Assembly: GCA_951406725.2 (NCBI GenBank)
Contig: OX597819.1
Span: 90,520,001 to 90,584,000 of the forward strand
DNA: 64,000 nt
Reading direction: 5' to 3'
From: Octopus vulgaris
Taxonomy: Eukaryota
Position numbers and translations under genes: made by a program. The notes under the pieces are model-generated. The model had not been told where the DNA came from. It did not search any database and worked only from the letters and a program-made list of their open reading frames with translations. Positions 1-12,419 of this stretch are shown piece by piece (the first letter of the stretch is position 1; each line of letters opens with the position of its first letter).

Positions 1-1790
1 GTACTACATGAGCATTTGTTGAACATCTTATGGAATCCAAAAGAAATCCATCGCTGTTTTTACTACTGCGTGCGGAACAGATCCATAAGCATTGGCAAGA
101 TCTAGCCAAACAATATACAGGTTTTTCTTCATTTGTTTTACACAGATGATGGTTCCCAGATGGCAAATGCGTATTATATGCACCCAGGGATTCCTGATTT
201 TTGGATTGCTTCATTAACGTACCCGTTATGCTGTACGAATCTTATGATTCGTCTAGCAATTATTCCGAACATGATTTTCCCGTCAGTATTTAATAATGAA
301 ATTGGTCTAAATTGACCTAGTGTTTTTGCCTCTTTTTCTTTAGGTAGATAGATACCTTCAGCTATACACCATCGCTCCGCTATATCTTTCTTCTTCCACA
401 TTTCTCTTATCAGTGCAAACAGCTGCAAACGTAATTTCGGGCAATATTTATATACCTTGTAGCTCACTCCACCGTTCCCCGGTGAACTTTTTGCTCTTGC
501 TTTTCTTATGAACTCATCCATTTCTTTCCATTTGATGTCACTCAAATCAAATGGTACTCTTATTTCAGGTGGTTTCTTCAGTCCGTGCATTTCTGGGAGT
601 ACTTAATTTCTGTCAGAGTCGCTGTATGTCTCTTTCAGATGTTGTTCGAGCTCTTCTTTCGTGCAATCCAATTTTCCGTGTTTACTTTCAGTAAATAGAT
701 GTTTCGCATATTGATAGGGATTGTTCACAAAGCTACGATAGTTTTTTTCTCTCACCTTTCTTCTGCTCCTCCTTCTCTGTTTTCTTAGCAGATCTCGATG
801 CCTCTTTTTTATCTCTTCATATAGCTGCTTTAGCCCTTCTCTTTCTTCCTCCTTTGCATCCCTCCATCTGGTTCTGAGTTTTTTCTTCTCTTCTCGAATC
901 TTTGCGATCCGTCTTTCTCTCCTCAATGGTCCGCTCTTTGCCGTTGATTCTACCTTCCCTGTTGTTTCCAGTCCAAATCTTTCTCTCCTTCCTGGTAGAT
1001 TGTATTAGCCAGGTTTTCGAGCTTTTGTTCGTCGTCGCCTTTGAATTTGGTGGTCATTCTTGCTACCTCGTCGTCAATTTTTTTATAACTCGCTGCGTCA
1101 TTTGCTTTCGGTTACTTAATCTTTGTCCTCTTCACGCCTATCAGTCTTTTTGACTGTTCCAATTCAACTGTGGAATGAACCTCGCTATGGTTATTTTCCA
1201 GTGGGGTCTGGCCACACGTCTTATGGTTTATCAACCCACGTTGTTGAATTACTTTCTTCTGACACACCTTCCCTTGGTAGATTCTCAGCCCGATGTAACT
1301 AGCAAACACCTTCCGCAGCAGCTGAACTCCTCATCTACCATTCCTGTACCGTTTCCTTTCTCATTGTCCATTTCCGGTCCAAGTCCATTTCGTTTTTTTT
1401 CCATCCCTATTTGATCCTTTATTCTCCCCCCGTGGTCCGGGATCTTGGGGGCATGATTTCCCATCTTTTTTCGTTGCAATTTTACACCGGATCGGGCTGC
1501 AAGCCCATTTGATCCTTCGTTACGCTGTCGTACTGTCAAGCGTCTCTCCGCTTTGTCATCCCTCTTTCTGGATTGTCAGCAAGTCTTTCCCTGCTGTCAG
1601 TATCTGAGGAATTACGACCGTGTTTCGTGGTCTGTTACCACAACAGCTCCTTTATATGATCCGGTTAGCTCAAGACATCATCAGAAGGAACCACGTCCGG
1701 TTTCGGCCCCTACTCCTCTACCGTTTTGACGTGCCCCCCCCCCCCCCTTCGGAGGTGTCTTCAACTCTGGTGTTGGGTGCATATCTTCTT
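1..1790 (-). mobile_element. Hero-clade (RLE-type) non-LTR retrotransposon, 5' UTR and N-terminal/RT part; defective; runs off the window edge
   Basis: Minus-strand pieces: N-terminal Zn-finger-like FSCCGRCFASYIGLRIYQGKVC; RRERRIAKIREEKKKLRTRWRDA...FVNNPYQYAKHLF; RT motifs RKARAKSSPGNGGVSYKVYK, FRPISLLNTDGKI, QKSGIPGCI and VWLDLANAYGSVPH. These resemble Hero-clade proteins as I recall them. In-frame stops at 603-605 and 174-176 plus frameshifts. Confidence 0.85.
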
Positions 1791-1829
1791 TTTTCTTCTT
1801 TCTTCTGTTCCCTGGCCTCTTCGATTATA

Positions 1830-2187
1830 TACTATAATGTATATGAATTATTAAATTATACAAGAAACCATATAGGCTTTTGTCAATTCGATTATTGCGC
1901 TCCATTTATTATAAAATACCATGATTTCTTTAACGGGAAAAGTTTAAGCGCACACACACAGCTTTAATAAAACATTGTTGAAGTTTTTTTTTTTCCGTGT
2001 ATGTGTAATGTCATTATATAAATTGCTTTGTCATTGTGTATATATCATGTATTACCAGTTAATAAGCGATTTAAAATAGTATTTAATTACTATATTACTT
2101 TTTGAATTTAAATGAAATGTGACATTTTTCCTGTGACATTTTCCGAGCGAAACTTATGACATTTTTCTGTGACTATTTCCGTTCACC
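1830..2187 (+). mobile_element. Possible DNA transposon (MULE-like) 3' end with subterminal GTGACATTTT repeats
   Basis: Four imperfect copies of TGACATTTT(T)C at 2120-2180 ending in GTTCACC, and a weak transposase-C-terminus-like peptide upstream. Confidence 0.3.
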
Positions 2188-3009
2188 TTTTTTTTTTTTT
2201 TATCACAGCGTAACATTACAGATTAATAGGGAAGGCTTTTGTGCTTTTGCAATAAAATATTTAATTGTCTACAGATAATTCAATCTTGTAAATAGATTTC
2301 GATAAAATGAATAGTTGACTTCATTTTACAGTTTTTTTCCCACTATCTGTAGCCGTTTTGTTTTTCTTCCTCTTTAATCAGTGGTTTTGTTGAGAAAAAG
2401 TAAACTAAAATACATTTCATTCGGCTTTTTAGTGTGTGCGATAGGCCTTTGACTGGAGACAGACGTAATGAATATTACCTCTTATGAATTATTTTTTTAT
2501 TAATGAAGTAGCATATTTGAGCTTGTCATTTACAAGCTCATGACTGTTGGCTGCTTTGGAATTTTGTCAATTATTGGGGGGAAATGAAAATAAAACTCGC
2601 GTGAAATTAGTTTCTGCAAAATATTGGATTAGTAAAATCAAACAAACAAAAACAAAAACCAGTAAGAATGTACAAAAATTAGTTCATCTTTGGTTCTTTA
2701 TTCAGAATGCCTACGTACAACGTTTTCAGATTGTTTTTTTATAATGCATACAATGTTTCCTTAGAATCTTACTATTTTCCCCTCCTGATATTTTAAACTG
2801 CTTAATTTTAAAATATCAGGCGGCACTATTTTGTATGAGGTCATCCCATATCTAATGTTTAAAATCTTATAGTAAGTTGGATTGCTTTGTCACTTTAAAA
2901 TACCCAAAAGGCAGCAGTAGATATTACCATCACCTTGTACATTTGTCATAATAATAAACCAATTCAATTATTTCTTTGACCCCCAATCTCAAAGATGGAT
3001 ATGACCCTG

Positions 3010-3172
3010 GAGAATTTGAGGCATATAACGCTCTATGAGTTCACAAAAAGGCAATGATGCAGCAGAAGCAATTCGAAATATCCATGGTGTTTATGGGAAA
3101 TGTTGCTTAAAGGAAATAACCAGTTCAACATTGTTTGAAAGGTTTCAGAAGGGTGATTTGATCTGAAAAGGT
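3010..3172 (+). mobile_element. Mariner transposase N-terminal (HTH) remnant
   Basis: Frameshifted LRHITLYEFTK/GNDAAEAIRNIHGVYGKCCLKEIT/VQH, matching mariner FRHxMLYEFxKGxxAAEAxRNIxxVYG. Confidence 0.7.
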
Positions 3173-4083
3173 ATGTAACAAGAAAGGCTTCTCAATAGTG
3201 CCTGAAAGGCGATACATGGTTTATTCATTGTTGATGGGTGCCAATTTGTAGTGTTTATGATAAAGACTTGGTTAATGCTTATATGATCTTGTTGGTATGA
3301 CTGCCTTTGAGTTGTGACAAGTTGGAATAATTACAGCAGATAGTTACTGTCAGTCCTTAGTTCAAACATTGATTTGGAGGAAAGTGTTCTGGGCAAATGT
3401 CTTCTACTATAGCCCCGGGTTGTTCTGTTAATACCTGTTCTCTTAAGCGGGCTTGTCTATAGGCTTGGATGGAACTCCAACTTATGTAATTTCTACTCAG
3501 GCGTCCCTTGTTCCCTCAAGTGGGCTTGCCTGGTTGTTTTAAACTGAAGTTTAACTTCTTGTTGCTCTTGTGTCTCCTTGGCATTTTGTTGTCTGAGATT
3601 AGAGCCTGTCCTGCCTTTCTTCTTGTGTTTCTCTAGCCCTACAACTTCTGGAGAGCAGGCTTCAGATGACTGAAAAGTATTATGTTGTCTTCTATGCATC
3701 ACCTTCAATGTTCTAAAGCGAAATATCAAAAGAATCGAAATTAAATCCCATAACAGTCAATTCATTTTTTGTTGTTTCTAAATTCAATCATGTGACTTTA
3801 TTTCATCTAACTACCAAGCTTCATAAAAATCAGTTCAGTGTAACAATTTATAGATATCACCAAACTTCACTTCACAAAACTATGATTGCACAAAAAAATA
3901 CGATCGCTTTAAATCATAGCACATATAATGCAAGGAATGTTCAAATTACATTATAGATGACTGTCTATCCATGCATACATACATACATAAGTACATACAT
4001 ATAAATAAAAAGTTCATAACTTATTACCAATTTTATGTAGTGAAAATAGCAGTCAATGTGCAGACAAACTTTGCTTTTGTATA

Positions 4084-4116
<33 letters not shown>

Positions 4117-4470
4117 GTCATCATCATCATCATCATTTAATGTTCGTTGTTCATGCTGGTATGGGTTGAACAGTTTGACCAAGCTGCCACGCTGGAAGGC
4201 TGCACCAAACTCCAGTCTGATTCAGCATGGTTTTCTATGGCTGGATGCCTGTCCTTATGCCAACCACTCCAAGAGTATAATGGGTACTTTTACATGTCAC
4301 TGGCAGGGATGCCATTTATGTGACACCAGAGTGGTTTTACATGCCACCGGCACAGGTTCCAATTGCATGTCACCAGTATCTGCTATGACTGCAATTTTGC
4401 TCACCTTGATGGGTCTTCTCAAGCATGACATAATATCAAAGGTCTCAGTCATTGCCTCTGTGAGGCCCAT
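4117..4470 (-). repeat. RTE LINE 3'-UTR fragment with (GAT)n tail
   Basis: (TCA)n-TTTAATGTTCG...CATGCTGGTATGGGTTG; same family as the 3' UTR of the RTE at 60606-61781. Confidence 0.75.
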
Positions 4471-4642
4471 CAATATATATATACATATATTTATATATAT
4501 ATTAATATTTAGCAGAGTGACTCAAGAGCCAAGAGTTTCGACTCGCAAGCCTTGATTTGCTCTGTTACTGCTTCAAAATATTAATAAAAATATACATATG
4601 TTCATATTTTGAGTTCTGTTTCTACTTTTTGGTGCAACATAC

Positions 4643-4706
<64 letters not shown>

Positions 4707-4711
<5 letters not shown>

Positions 4712-4908
4712 CTCCAAACATGAACAAAGAGAAAACACAACAACGTGAGGACGTGGAACAAGTATAGTGTTATTGGATGCTCAGGAAAGGAAAGAAAGAA
4801 GGAGGATTTAACGTTTCAAGCGGAGCTCTTCGTCAGAAACATAGAAAAAGAAAAGGTCCAAGGAAGGGATGATGGAGAAAATCGCCAACGATACACACGC
4901 GGTCACAT
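4707..4908 (-). mobile_element. Penelope-like terminal fragment next to (TA)n
   Basis: Contains a minimal hammerhead motif; abuts the (TA)n at 4646-4706. The Penelope assignment is inferred from the motif type. Confidence 0.5.
4806..4840 (-). ncRNA. Minimal type I hammerhead ribozyme motif
   Basis: Minus strand reads GUUU CUGACGA A GAGC-UCC-GCUU GAAAC GUU AAAU: intact core, stem II hairpin, palindromic ACGU stem III, stem I GUUU/AAAU. Confidence 0.65.
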
Positions 4909-5899
4909 ATTGAACTGGATTTTTGTGAATGTTTCATGAGGGACACAGGCGTAGCTATATGGTTAAGAAGCTCACTTTGCAAACAAATAGTTGCTAGTTC
5001 AATATCACTGGACAGCATCATGGGCAAGTCTCTTCTACTATAACCCCTTGCTGACAAATACCTTGTAAGTGAAGTTGGTAGACAGAAACTGTTTGAAAAC
5101 GTGTGTGTGAAAGTGCATAGTCTAGTGGTTAGGGCATGGCTCCCACAATCACAAGATCATGGGTTTGATTTCGAGACCAGGTGGGACGTTGCTCTAGTCC
5201 CCCTTTTGATCAAGGGTGAATGTTGGCCTGCTTGCTTAGCCAACAGGGTGGCATTGCAGGCTAAAACTATGCAAAGTGCATCGTCACAATTATGTATTGG
5301 AAAATTAACAACAATTAATATTTTCTTAGAAGGTGGCTTATTTATTTAGAGAGCACCAATAAAATTTATTTACTTTTGTTGCTAAGTTTCTGGCTTTTCA
5401 AATAAGTTGTCTTTATAAAAATTTAGAATCAATGATTGGAAGTATGTTCACGAATGTTTGCAATCACAAAAAAATTTAGTGCATCATCTTGAGCATCTTA
5501 AGATGTGGTGCGTAATACTACTGTAATTAAATACAAATAAAACTATTATGAAGAGATGTAGGCAGTCACATGTGGAAAAAGAGCCAGAGCATTGGCATAA
5601 ATCATCATCATTCCTTGATGTCTGTTTTCCATGCTGGCATGAATTGGACAATGTGACTAGTGCTGGAGAGCTGTACCAAGTTCCAGTCTGATTTGGCTTG
5701 GTTTCTACAGCTCAGTGCCCTTCCTAATGCCAACCACTTTACAGTGTATGCTGGGTGCTTTTAATGTGGCACTGCATAAGCACTTTTGCATGGCACCAGC
5801 ATGGGACTCTTGCAAGCCAATCCTCTCCACCAGGGGGAGCAGCCTTAACATTTCTGCTGTGTAGAACAGGTTTTCTTGAGCATATTTTAGAATATTTAA

Positions 5900-6119
5900 C
5901 CCTTTAGCATTCAGATTACTCTGCCAAATGAAACGCTTATTTATTCATGTCATTTTGAATTAATCCTGTATTATTGTATAGCTTTGATATTTCAATGATG
6001 CAATTGTTTAGTTTTGGAATAACGCTGTAGGTTTGGTCTAAGAGGCTAGATCTGTCCAGTTTGAATGTAAAACAGGTAGAATATTCTGGCTGGATATGGC
6101 CAGTTCAAATGCTAAAGTG
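5900..6119. mobile_element. piggyBac-type MITE
   Basis: TTAA|CCCTTTAGCATT ... AATGCTAAAGTG|TAAA terminal inverted repeats; a second copy lies in the opposite orientation at about 20525-20741. Confidence 0.7.
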
Positions 6120-8609
6120 TAAATTGCATCACTTTGTATTTAGCTGAACACAATTTGGCTTTCATAACTTCAGAAACAGTGTTTGTGTCACACAATGAGA
6201 ATTGTTTAATTCTTTTTGAACTATTTGTAAAATTTGATCTGATTATGACCTATGTACACTAAACCAAGCTAAAGAAGCAAAAATGTTTTCAGTCTTTTCT
6301 TAGATTTTTATTCTGGAGAAGTATATAGAGAAACTGTGATTTTTAGATATAGAAGACAATTATTTTTTAGCTATAAACCGGTTAGAGATAATAGATGTAA
6401 CAGATTACATAATGTATGTATGCATGTATATGTACTCTATATCAACTTTATTAATAATAAAGATAGGAAAGAATATGAGATGCTAGGAAAGCTTGTGCAG
6501 GAAGAATCTCACCTACATAGTGTCTATAGTCCTATTAAGTATGAATCTTAAGAGTAGGGATACAGAAATTGTGTAAATGACTGCATATAGCTCTTAAGAA
6601 AACCAATACTTGATATGGCTTATATTGTTTATCGACAAAGTGAAGGAGAAATAGGCTATAGCTTTTAGTATATGGATTTATAAAATTCTGTTTCATTGGA
6701 TGAGATAAAAAAAATGTTCTTCAGGGATACAGACTTGACTAATCAGAACCACTGTTAATCACAACTCTAGACAGGTTCCAACTCAAAATGTACCTTAGCA
6801 ATATATATTTTACAGAATATTTTCAAATTAGAATTTTTTTTTATATATAAAAATTGAGCTGAGGGCTAACTTAAAGATTACTAAGCCAGATCTAACCCTC
6901 AGTCTGAATGTTTGACATCTCTGCTCTACAAGAAATCAAAGGTACTCTTTGAACTTTGTCTTGCCCACCTTTCTTCCACTTCTTGTTTGTAACAGAGATG
7001 TGTCAAGATAATTGCCTGAAACATAAATCATTCTCTCTCTCTCTTTCTCTCTATTTATCAATCTATCTATCACTGTGTCTCTGTCTCTCTTTCATATTAA
7101 TGAAAGGATTTGAAACTTTGATGCAGTGTTCAAAACTGCCTTTAGCTTATATATTGTACATAATACTTTATTCCTACATTTGCAGTTTTTTTATCTCCAT
7201 GAATACACAAATTTTAAAGCATCACATGTTAAGATTGCTAAATGTTATTTAATATAAACTAGCTTAAAAGCCACACTCCTTACAGACTTTTAAGCTGGCT
7301 CCTGCAAAAGGTTAATTAGGGCTTGTGGCCCCAAACTAAAAGGCGCTAAATAGCATTACTATAATGTTTATAATGACTATATGCCCCAGTGGTGTTTGAT
7401 CAGAGGTTAAGGACTGAGGAGAATCAATTCTGTAATACAATCATTCTATTGTTCCAATCCCAAGTTGAATTCTAACTGTTGGCCAATTTGTCCCAAAGTT
7501 CTTATCTCAACGTAAAAATTAATGAAGCAAATGTTATTTATATCCCCCTTGATCTCTGATGTCATCTGACAAATGCCAACCAAGATGGTGTGAATCAGCC
7601 AAGCTTTACCTGCTAGAAATAGCAACTCAAATGCTTTTAAACCAGATCCCAATGATGGACAGACAGAATTTTGCTTCTATTATTATAGAAGTAGGGTTTA
7701 TATTAAAAATTAATGATTCTCATTTTTTACAAAACATTTTTCTCATTGTTATATGTAATATATTCAAATTGTTCCCACTAAATGATCTCTTGTAATTTTA
7801 GTATCAACAAAAATAGATAAAGTTGACAGTACCACAAGAACCTTGAACTATTATATGTTTACTTTGATCTATCTAGCTCATATACTTGAATCCTGCTACC
7901 AATACATTTTCCTTTTATCCCTTTACAAATAATCACTGGTTATATCATTTAACATCCACATTCTGTGCTGGTATGGGTTGGACAGTTTAACAAGAGCTGG
8001 TAAAGCCAAGAGCTACACCAGGCTCCATTATCTGTTTTGGTATGGTTTCTACAGCTGGATGCCCTTCCTAGTGCCAACCACTTTACAGAGTGTATTGGGT
8101 GCTTTTTACATGGCACCAGCACTGGTGCTTTTTATGTGGAACCCACACTCATGCATTTTACGAGGCACCTGTACTGATATGGTCACTAAGTAACGTGCAA
8201 GACAAACCTCAGCTAGGAGGGGGAGTAGTAGTGAGTGGGGGTAGCTTTGTGCCAGTTGATGAGAGATGAGGGGTATAGATGGACAATGATAGGTGTCTTG
8301 CTGTAGAGTAGATACATGAATACTCCAGTTGAAAAAAGCAAGGAGGGTGGGTTAAAGAGTGAGATTAAGAGAGTGGGTGAGTCACTAAGATAAAGAGAGC
8401 AATAGTGAGAGAGAATGTGGCAAAGATGTGTTGGGACATTCTCTCAAGGGACATTGAATCAATTTAATTGGCTTTACTCATCTCAACTGTAACACAACTG
8501 TTAACAAACATTTATTTATATTTTCATCACTAATTAATCACAAAGCATTTTTATCTAAAACTTTAACCTAACCTAAACTTTAAAGGAAATCTTTATCGTT
8601 ATCGTATAC

Positions 8610-9005
8610 TTGTTTCAGTCATTATACTGTGGCCATGCTGGGGCACTGCCTTGAAACGTTTAAACCAAACATATTGACCCCCAATTCTTTTCTTCCTCTA
8701 AGCCTGTTACTTCTTCTGTTGGTCACTTTCTGCAGAACTTGAACTTTTAAGTAATGGAGATATAAACAAACCAACACTAGTTGTCAAATGGTAAGTGGGG
8801 ACCAACACAAACACACACATATATATTTATATGGGCTTCTTCCAGTTTCTGTCTACTAAATCCACTCACAAGTCATTAGTCGATTTAAGGCTATAGTAGA
8901 AAACAATTGCCTAAGGCAGAGGTTCTCAACCCTTTTATTTAAATGAAATTTCTCACAGAACTCTTTTAATATGCTTATCCTTATGTTTGTGTGTGTGTGT
9001 GTGTA

Positions 9006-9038
<33 letters not shown>

Positions 9039-9205
9039 GAAATTTTGTATTTAGTTCACAGACACCCAGTATTACCTTTGCGGACCACCAGGGGTTTGCA
9101 GACCCTATGCTGGGAACCACTGGCCTAAGATATCACACAGTGGGACTGAACTCAAAACCAAGTTGTTGGGAAGCAAGCTTCTAACCACACAGGCATGCCT
9201 GCACC
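8610..9205 (-). mobile_element. tRNA-derived SINE interrupted by a hAT MITE
   Basis: Reverse complement of the SINE at 57198-57680 (tRNA-like head TGTGTGGTTAGAAGC...GAGTTCAGTCCC; tail ACTGAAACAAG). Confidence 0.75.
8917..9122. mobile_element. hAT (Charlie-like) MITE with 8-bp target-site duplication
   Basis: TIRs CAGAGGTTCTCAAC and GCTGGGAACCACTG; TSD GCCTAAGG (8909-8916) and GCCTAAGA (9123-9130). Confidence 0.8.
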
Positions 9206-9361
9206 TATACAAATTTCTGCTTCACATCTTTTCATAGTTGTCTTGATGTATAGATGTAATGATAAATATATATTTAGTAATTTATTCATATGTTAAATAA
9301 AATGAGACAACAAAGCCAAGGCTGCATGGAATTTATTGGACATTTATAAAGAGAAAGGTGG

Positions 9362-9407
9362 CCGTACAGCTGTTTCTGGGATATTAGAGATATCCTTTCA
9401 TCAGAGA
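9362..9407 (-). ncRNA. Hammerhead ribozyme motif with degenerate stem I, in a Penelope-like fragment (about 9295-9545)
   Basis: Minus strand reads UCU CUGAUGA AA GGAUAU-cucua-AUAUCC CA GAAAC AGCU GUA CGG; palindromic ACAGCUGU stem III. Confidence 0.5.
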
Positions 9408-9559
9408 TGATATGAGAGTTAACTAGCGGGAAATAGTAGAGTTCAATATAAGGAGTTATTTTGGAAAAGGATGGATATAGGAAATATAAAGGGAAATAAG
9501 AGAATAGAAATAAAAATATATGTTGGATGTTACAGTTGCAGTTCCATTTATTTTTCTTT

Positions 9560-9835
9560 ATCTTTTATCTTTTACTTGTTTCAGTCATTTGACTGCGGCC
9601 ATGCTGGAGCACCGCCTTTAGTCGAGCAAATCGACCCCGGGACTTATTCTTTGTAAGCCCAGTACTTATTCTATCGGTCTCTTTTGCCGAACCGCTAAGT
9701 GATGGGGACGTAAACACACCAGCATCGGTTGTCAAGCAATGCTAGGGGAACAAACACAGACACACAAACATATACACACACATACATATATATACATGAC
9801 AGGCTTCTTTCAGTTTCCATCTACCAAATCCACTC
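9560..9835 (-). mobile_element. SINE 3' half, young copy (CpG retained)
   Basis: TTTTACTTGTTTCAGTCATTTGACTGCGGCCATGCTGGAGCACCGCC...; homologous to 57480-57680, 61810-62476 and 63089-63137. Confidence 0.8.
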
Positions 9836-9949
9836 TGAAATGAAACAGCTCAGCCTTCTGTTAGTCTAGTACTTGTTTTCCAAGTTCTGAAACATTTTTC
9901 CCCTAGTACCCAAACTGTCCTTCTGCCCTCTATATAATTAACCACAATT

Positions 9950-10150
9950 CTAAGGCAGTGAGTTGATAGAAAGTTAGCAAGTTGAACAAAATGCCTAGCA
10001 ATATTTATCCCAGCTGTTTACATTCTGAGTTCAGATTCTGATTTTCCCTGTCATCCTTTCAGGGTTGATAAAATAAGGACACTGAAATTGATGTAATAAA
10101 TTTATTCCCCTCCCTTAAAATTGCTGGCCTTGTGCCAAAATTTGAAACCA
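9950..10150 (+). mobile_element. Second tRNA-derived SINE family
   Basis: AAGGCAGTGAGTTGATAGAA...TTCTGAGTTCAGATTC...TCATCCTTTCAGGGTTGATAAAATAAG; homologous to 52515-53150 and to 44440-44635 (minus). Confidence 0.7.
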
Positions 10151-10779
10151 TGTAAATAACCACAGCTCTTCAGTAAGGTGGAGGAATGGACATATCCCGA
10201 AAAAATCAGTTGCGGATTGCACTACTTTGTCTTTTAATTGGCTTTCAGCATGTCACAGAGCAGATCTGGGCTACACATTTTTTTTTTTACAAAGATAGGG
10301 ACAACCATTTGAGATAAAGCTTTTTAATAGCGCTTTTTTCAATAATTTATTTTCTGTGCATTCACCTCATTATTTAGGAGGGAGCCTCTATGCAGTCTCT
10401 CAACCTGCTAGACATTGCAGCCAAGTCACCTTCAAATTACATCTTACCCTGTAAGTTTTACTGTCTTTAAATAAATGGAAGTCACTTTAGAAAATGTGGA
10501 CCTAGATGCACTATATCTGAGATTAAGATGGAATGGTCATTGTTAGAGCGCTTTTGATCATAGGTCTATTCATTTAGAATTGACGTGGCTAAATAGCAAT
10601 CTATACAAATGAACTGTAATTGTTTTAGAATAGTTTAGAATTGTGTATTCAAGTGATAACGTAATTAACTTTAAAGGAATGAAAAGCATCATCGACTCCA
10701 GAGGAATTTGAACGCAGAACAACGAGGGAAAGTAAAAACTAATGGATTTAGTCTGGTGCTTTACTGTTATAATTCAACA

Positions 10780-11700
10780 CTATTTTGCGAGTGACTACCA
10801 AAATATTCCTAAGAAAGTTGGTCGGCAGTTTCGATTTCCAATGTTACCAGGAACAAGTATGAAGTACAAAAAATATAAAACTAGCTTATATATACCTAAA
10901 ACTGAATATATTGGCCTTTGTATTTCCACAGAAACGATATGTGAATTTCAACTTTCTTCATGCTCTTTTAACTATTGAAAGTTTTGCAATGTGTACCGTT
11001 ATGACCCGGAATGAATAGGGACGCGTAATGCCCCTATGGAATTCTACATTTTAACGGCTTTTCAAAAGAAATGCGTTTTTCTTTAAAGTGCAACGTTCTA
11101 GAGCGAGTTTGCCAGTATGAGTAAAGCATCGCGTTTTTGACAAAACTTCCCGAAAGGATTCTCTGATCTCCCAACTGCCAACAAGCATTTTGGTAGAATA
11201 TTATTAATTCATTCAAATATATTGGGCACTGCAATATGGTGAAATTTTTTGGCGACACAAGCCATTTATGTGTAGAGCAGTGAATTACACAATCAACCAT
11301 TTCCGGATTCATAAAAGTCTTTCTGAAACAGAAACAAATAATCAACATCAAATCATTAGCCGAAAAACGTGAACATGCAACGCACGTTTTCACGTTTCTT
11401 CAACTTGAATACATGGTGCATGCTGTTTTATGTGTCGAAACGCCCTCTGATTTCTATGATACTGATGAATGAAATTAATTAAAATGACTTTGTACACAAG
11501 TTTCTAACAGTTAACATACAACTGTAATCAGGCATGACAGCCAACAAATTATAAAATCAAACAAGTTGTTGCCATTTCCTCACTTTTCTCTCTGCCACTG
11601 AACGTTTCTCCATATTCAAGACGTCTTCCACATTTCTTGTAAATATTGAAAGTACCTCATTTAAATAAAGTATTATATATCTGATACATTCTTTTTATTA
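10780..11700 (-). mobile_element. Possible degenerate DNA-transposon (hAT-like) remnant
   Basis: ORF 11034..11393 has CVIHCSTH, reminiscent of the hAT CxxH motif; no other support. Confidence 0.25.
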
Positions 11701-12419
11701 CATGCTTATTAAATTTAGACTCAAAACACAAGAAGTTTTAACTTACAAACCTTACACGCCAAGTTATGAAACGTGTCCACAGTAGCGTGAACGTATATTA
11801 TGATAGACAAAAAAAAATACAAGGCATAAATAATGTATTAAAAACAAACAATATTTCGGGTATGACCTCATCTATAGTTTGTCTAGTAGTCTTTCCATCG
11901 ACTGTTAAAATTATATCGCAATTCAGATAATAAAAAAAAAAATTACAAATAAAACAGTTTTAAATGGTTCACATTATTCGTTTACTCGGAAAATGTGAAA
12001 TGTTAATTCGGATAACAGAAGCCTCGGATAATCGGGATGTTCTGAAATTAAATTAGAAATATATCATGTTTTATATTTTCAATAGTGAGGAAAACAAAAA
12101 AAAAAAGTCAGCTATACGGATATCCTCAACGAAAACCAATCGTTTTCCAATATAAACATTTTTTTTTTCTTAATCGACAGTTGTTTTAATATTTACTTAT
12201 TGCATTCCTTGATTGATACATAGTTGCAATTAAATTAAACATAATTCATTCACTATGGAACTACTTTGCACAGATACGATTCGAGTTATCTGTTCAACAA
12301 TACTTTTGTTTTGACGATTTTTATTTAATTTTTACGTTACAGAAATATTTTCTTTTTTGCGTCTGTGTGTTACTATTTTCTATGCTAAATTATTGTGTAA
12401 TAAATGTTAACAAACGGCT

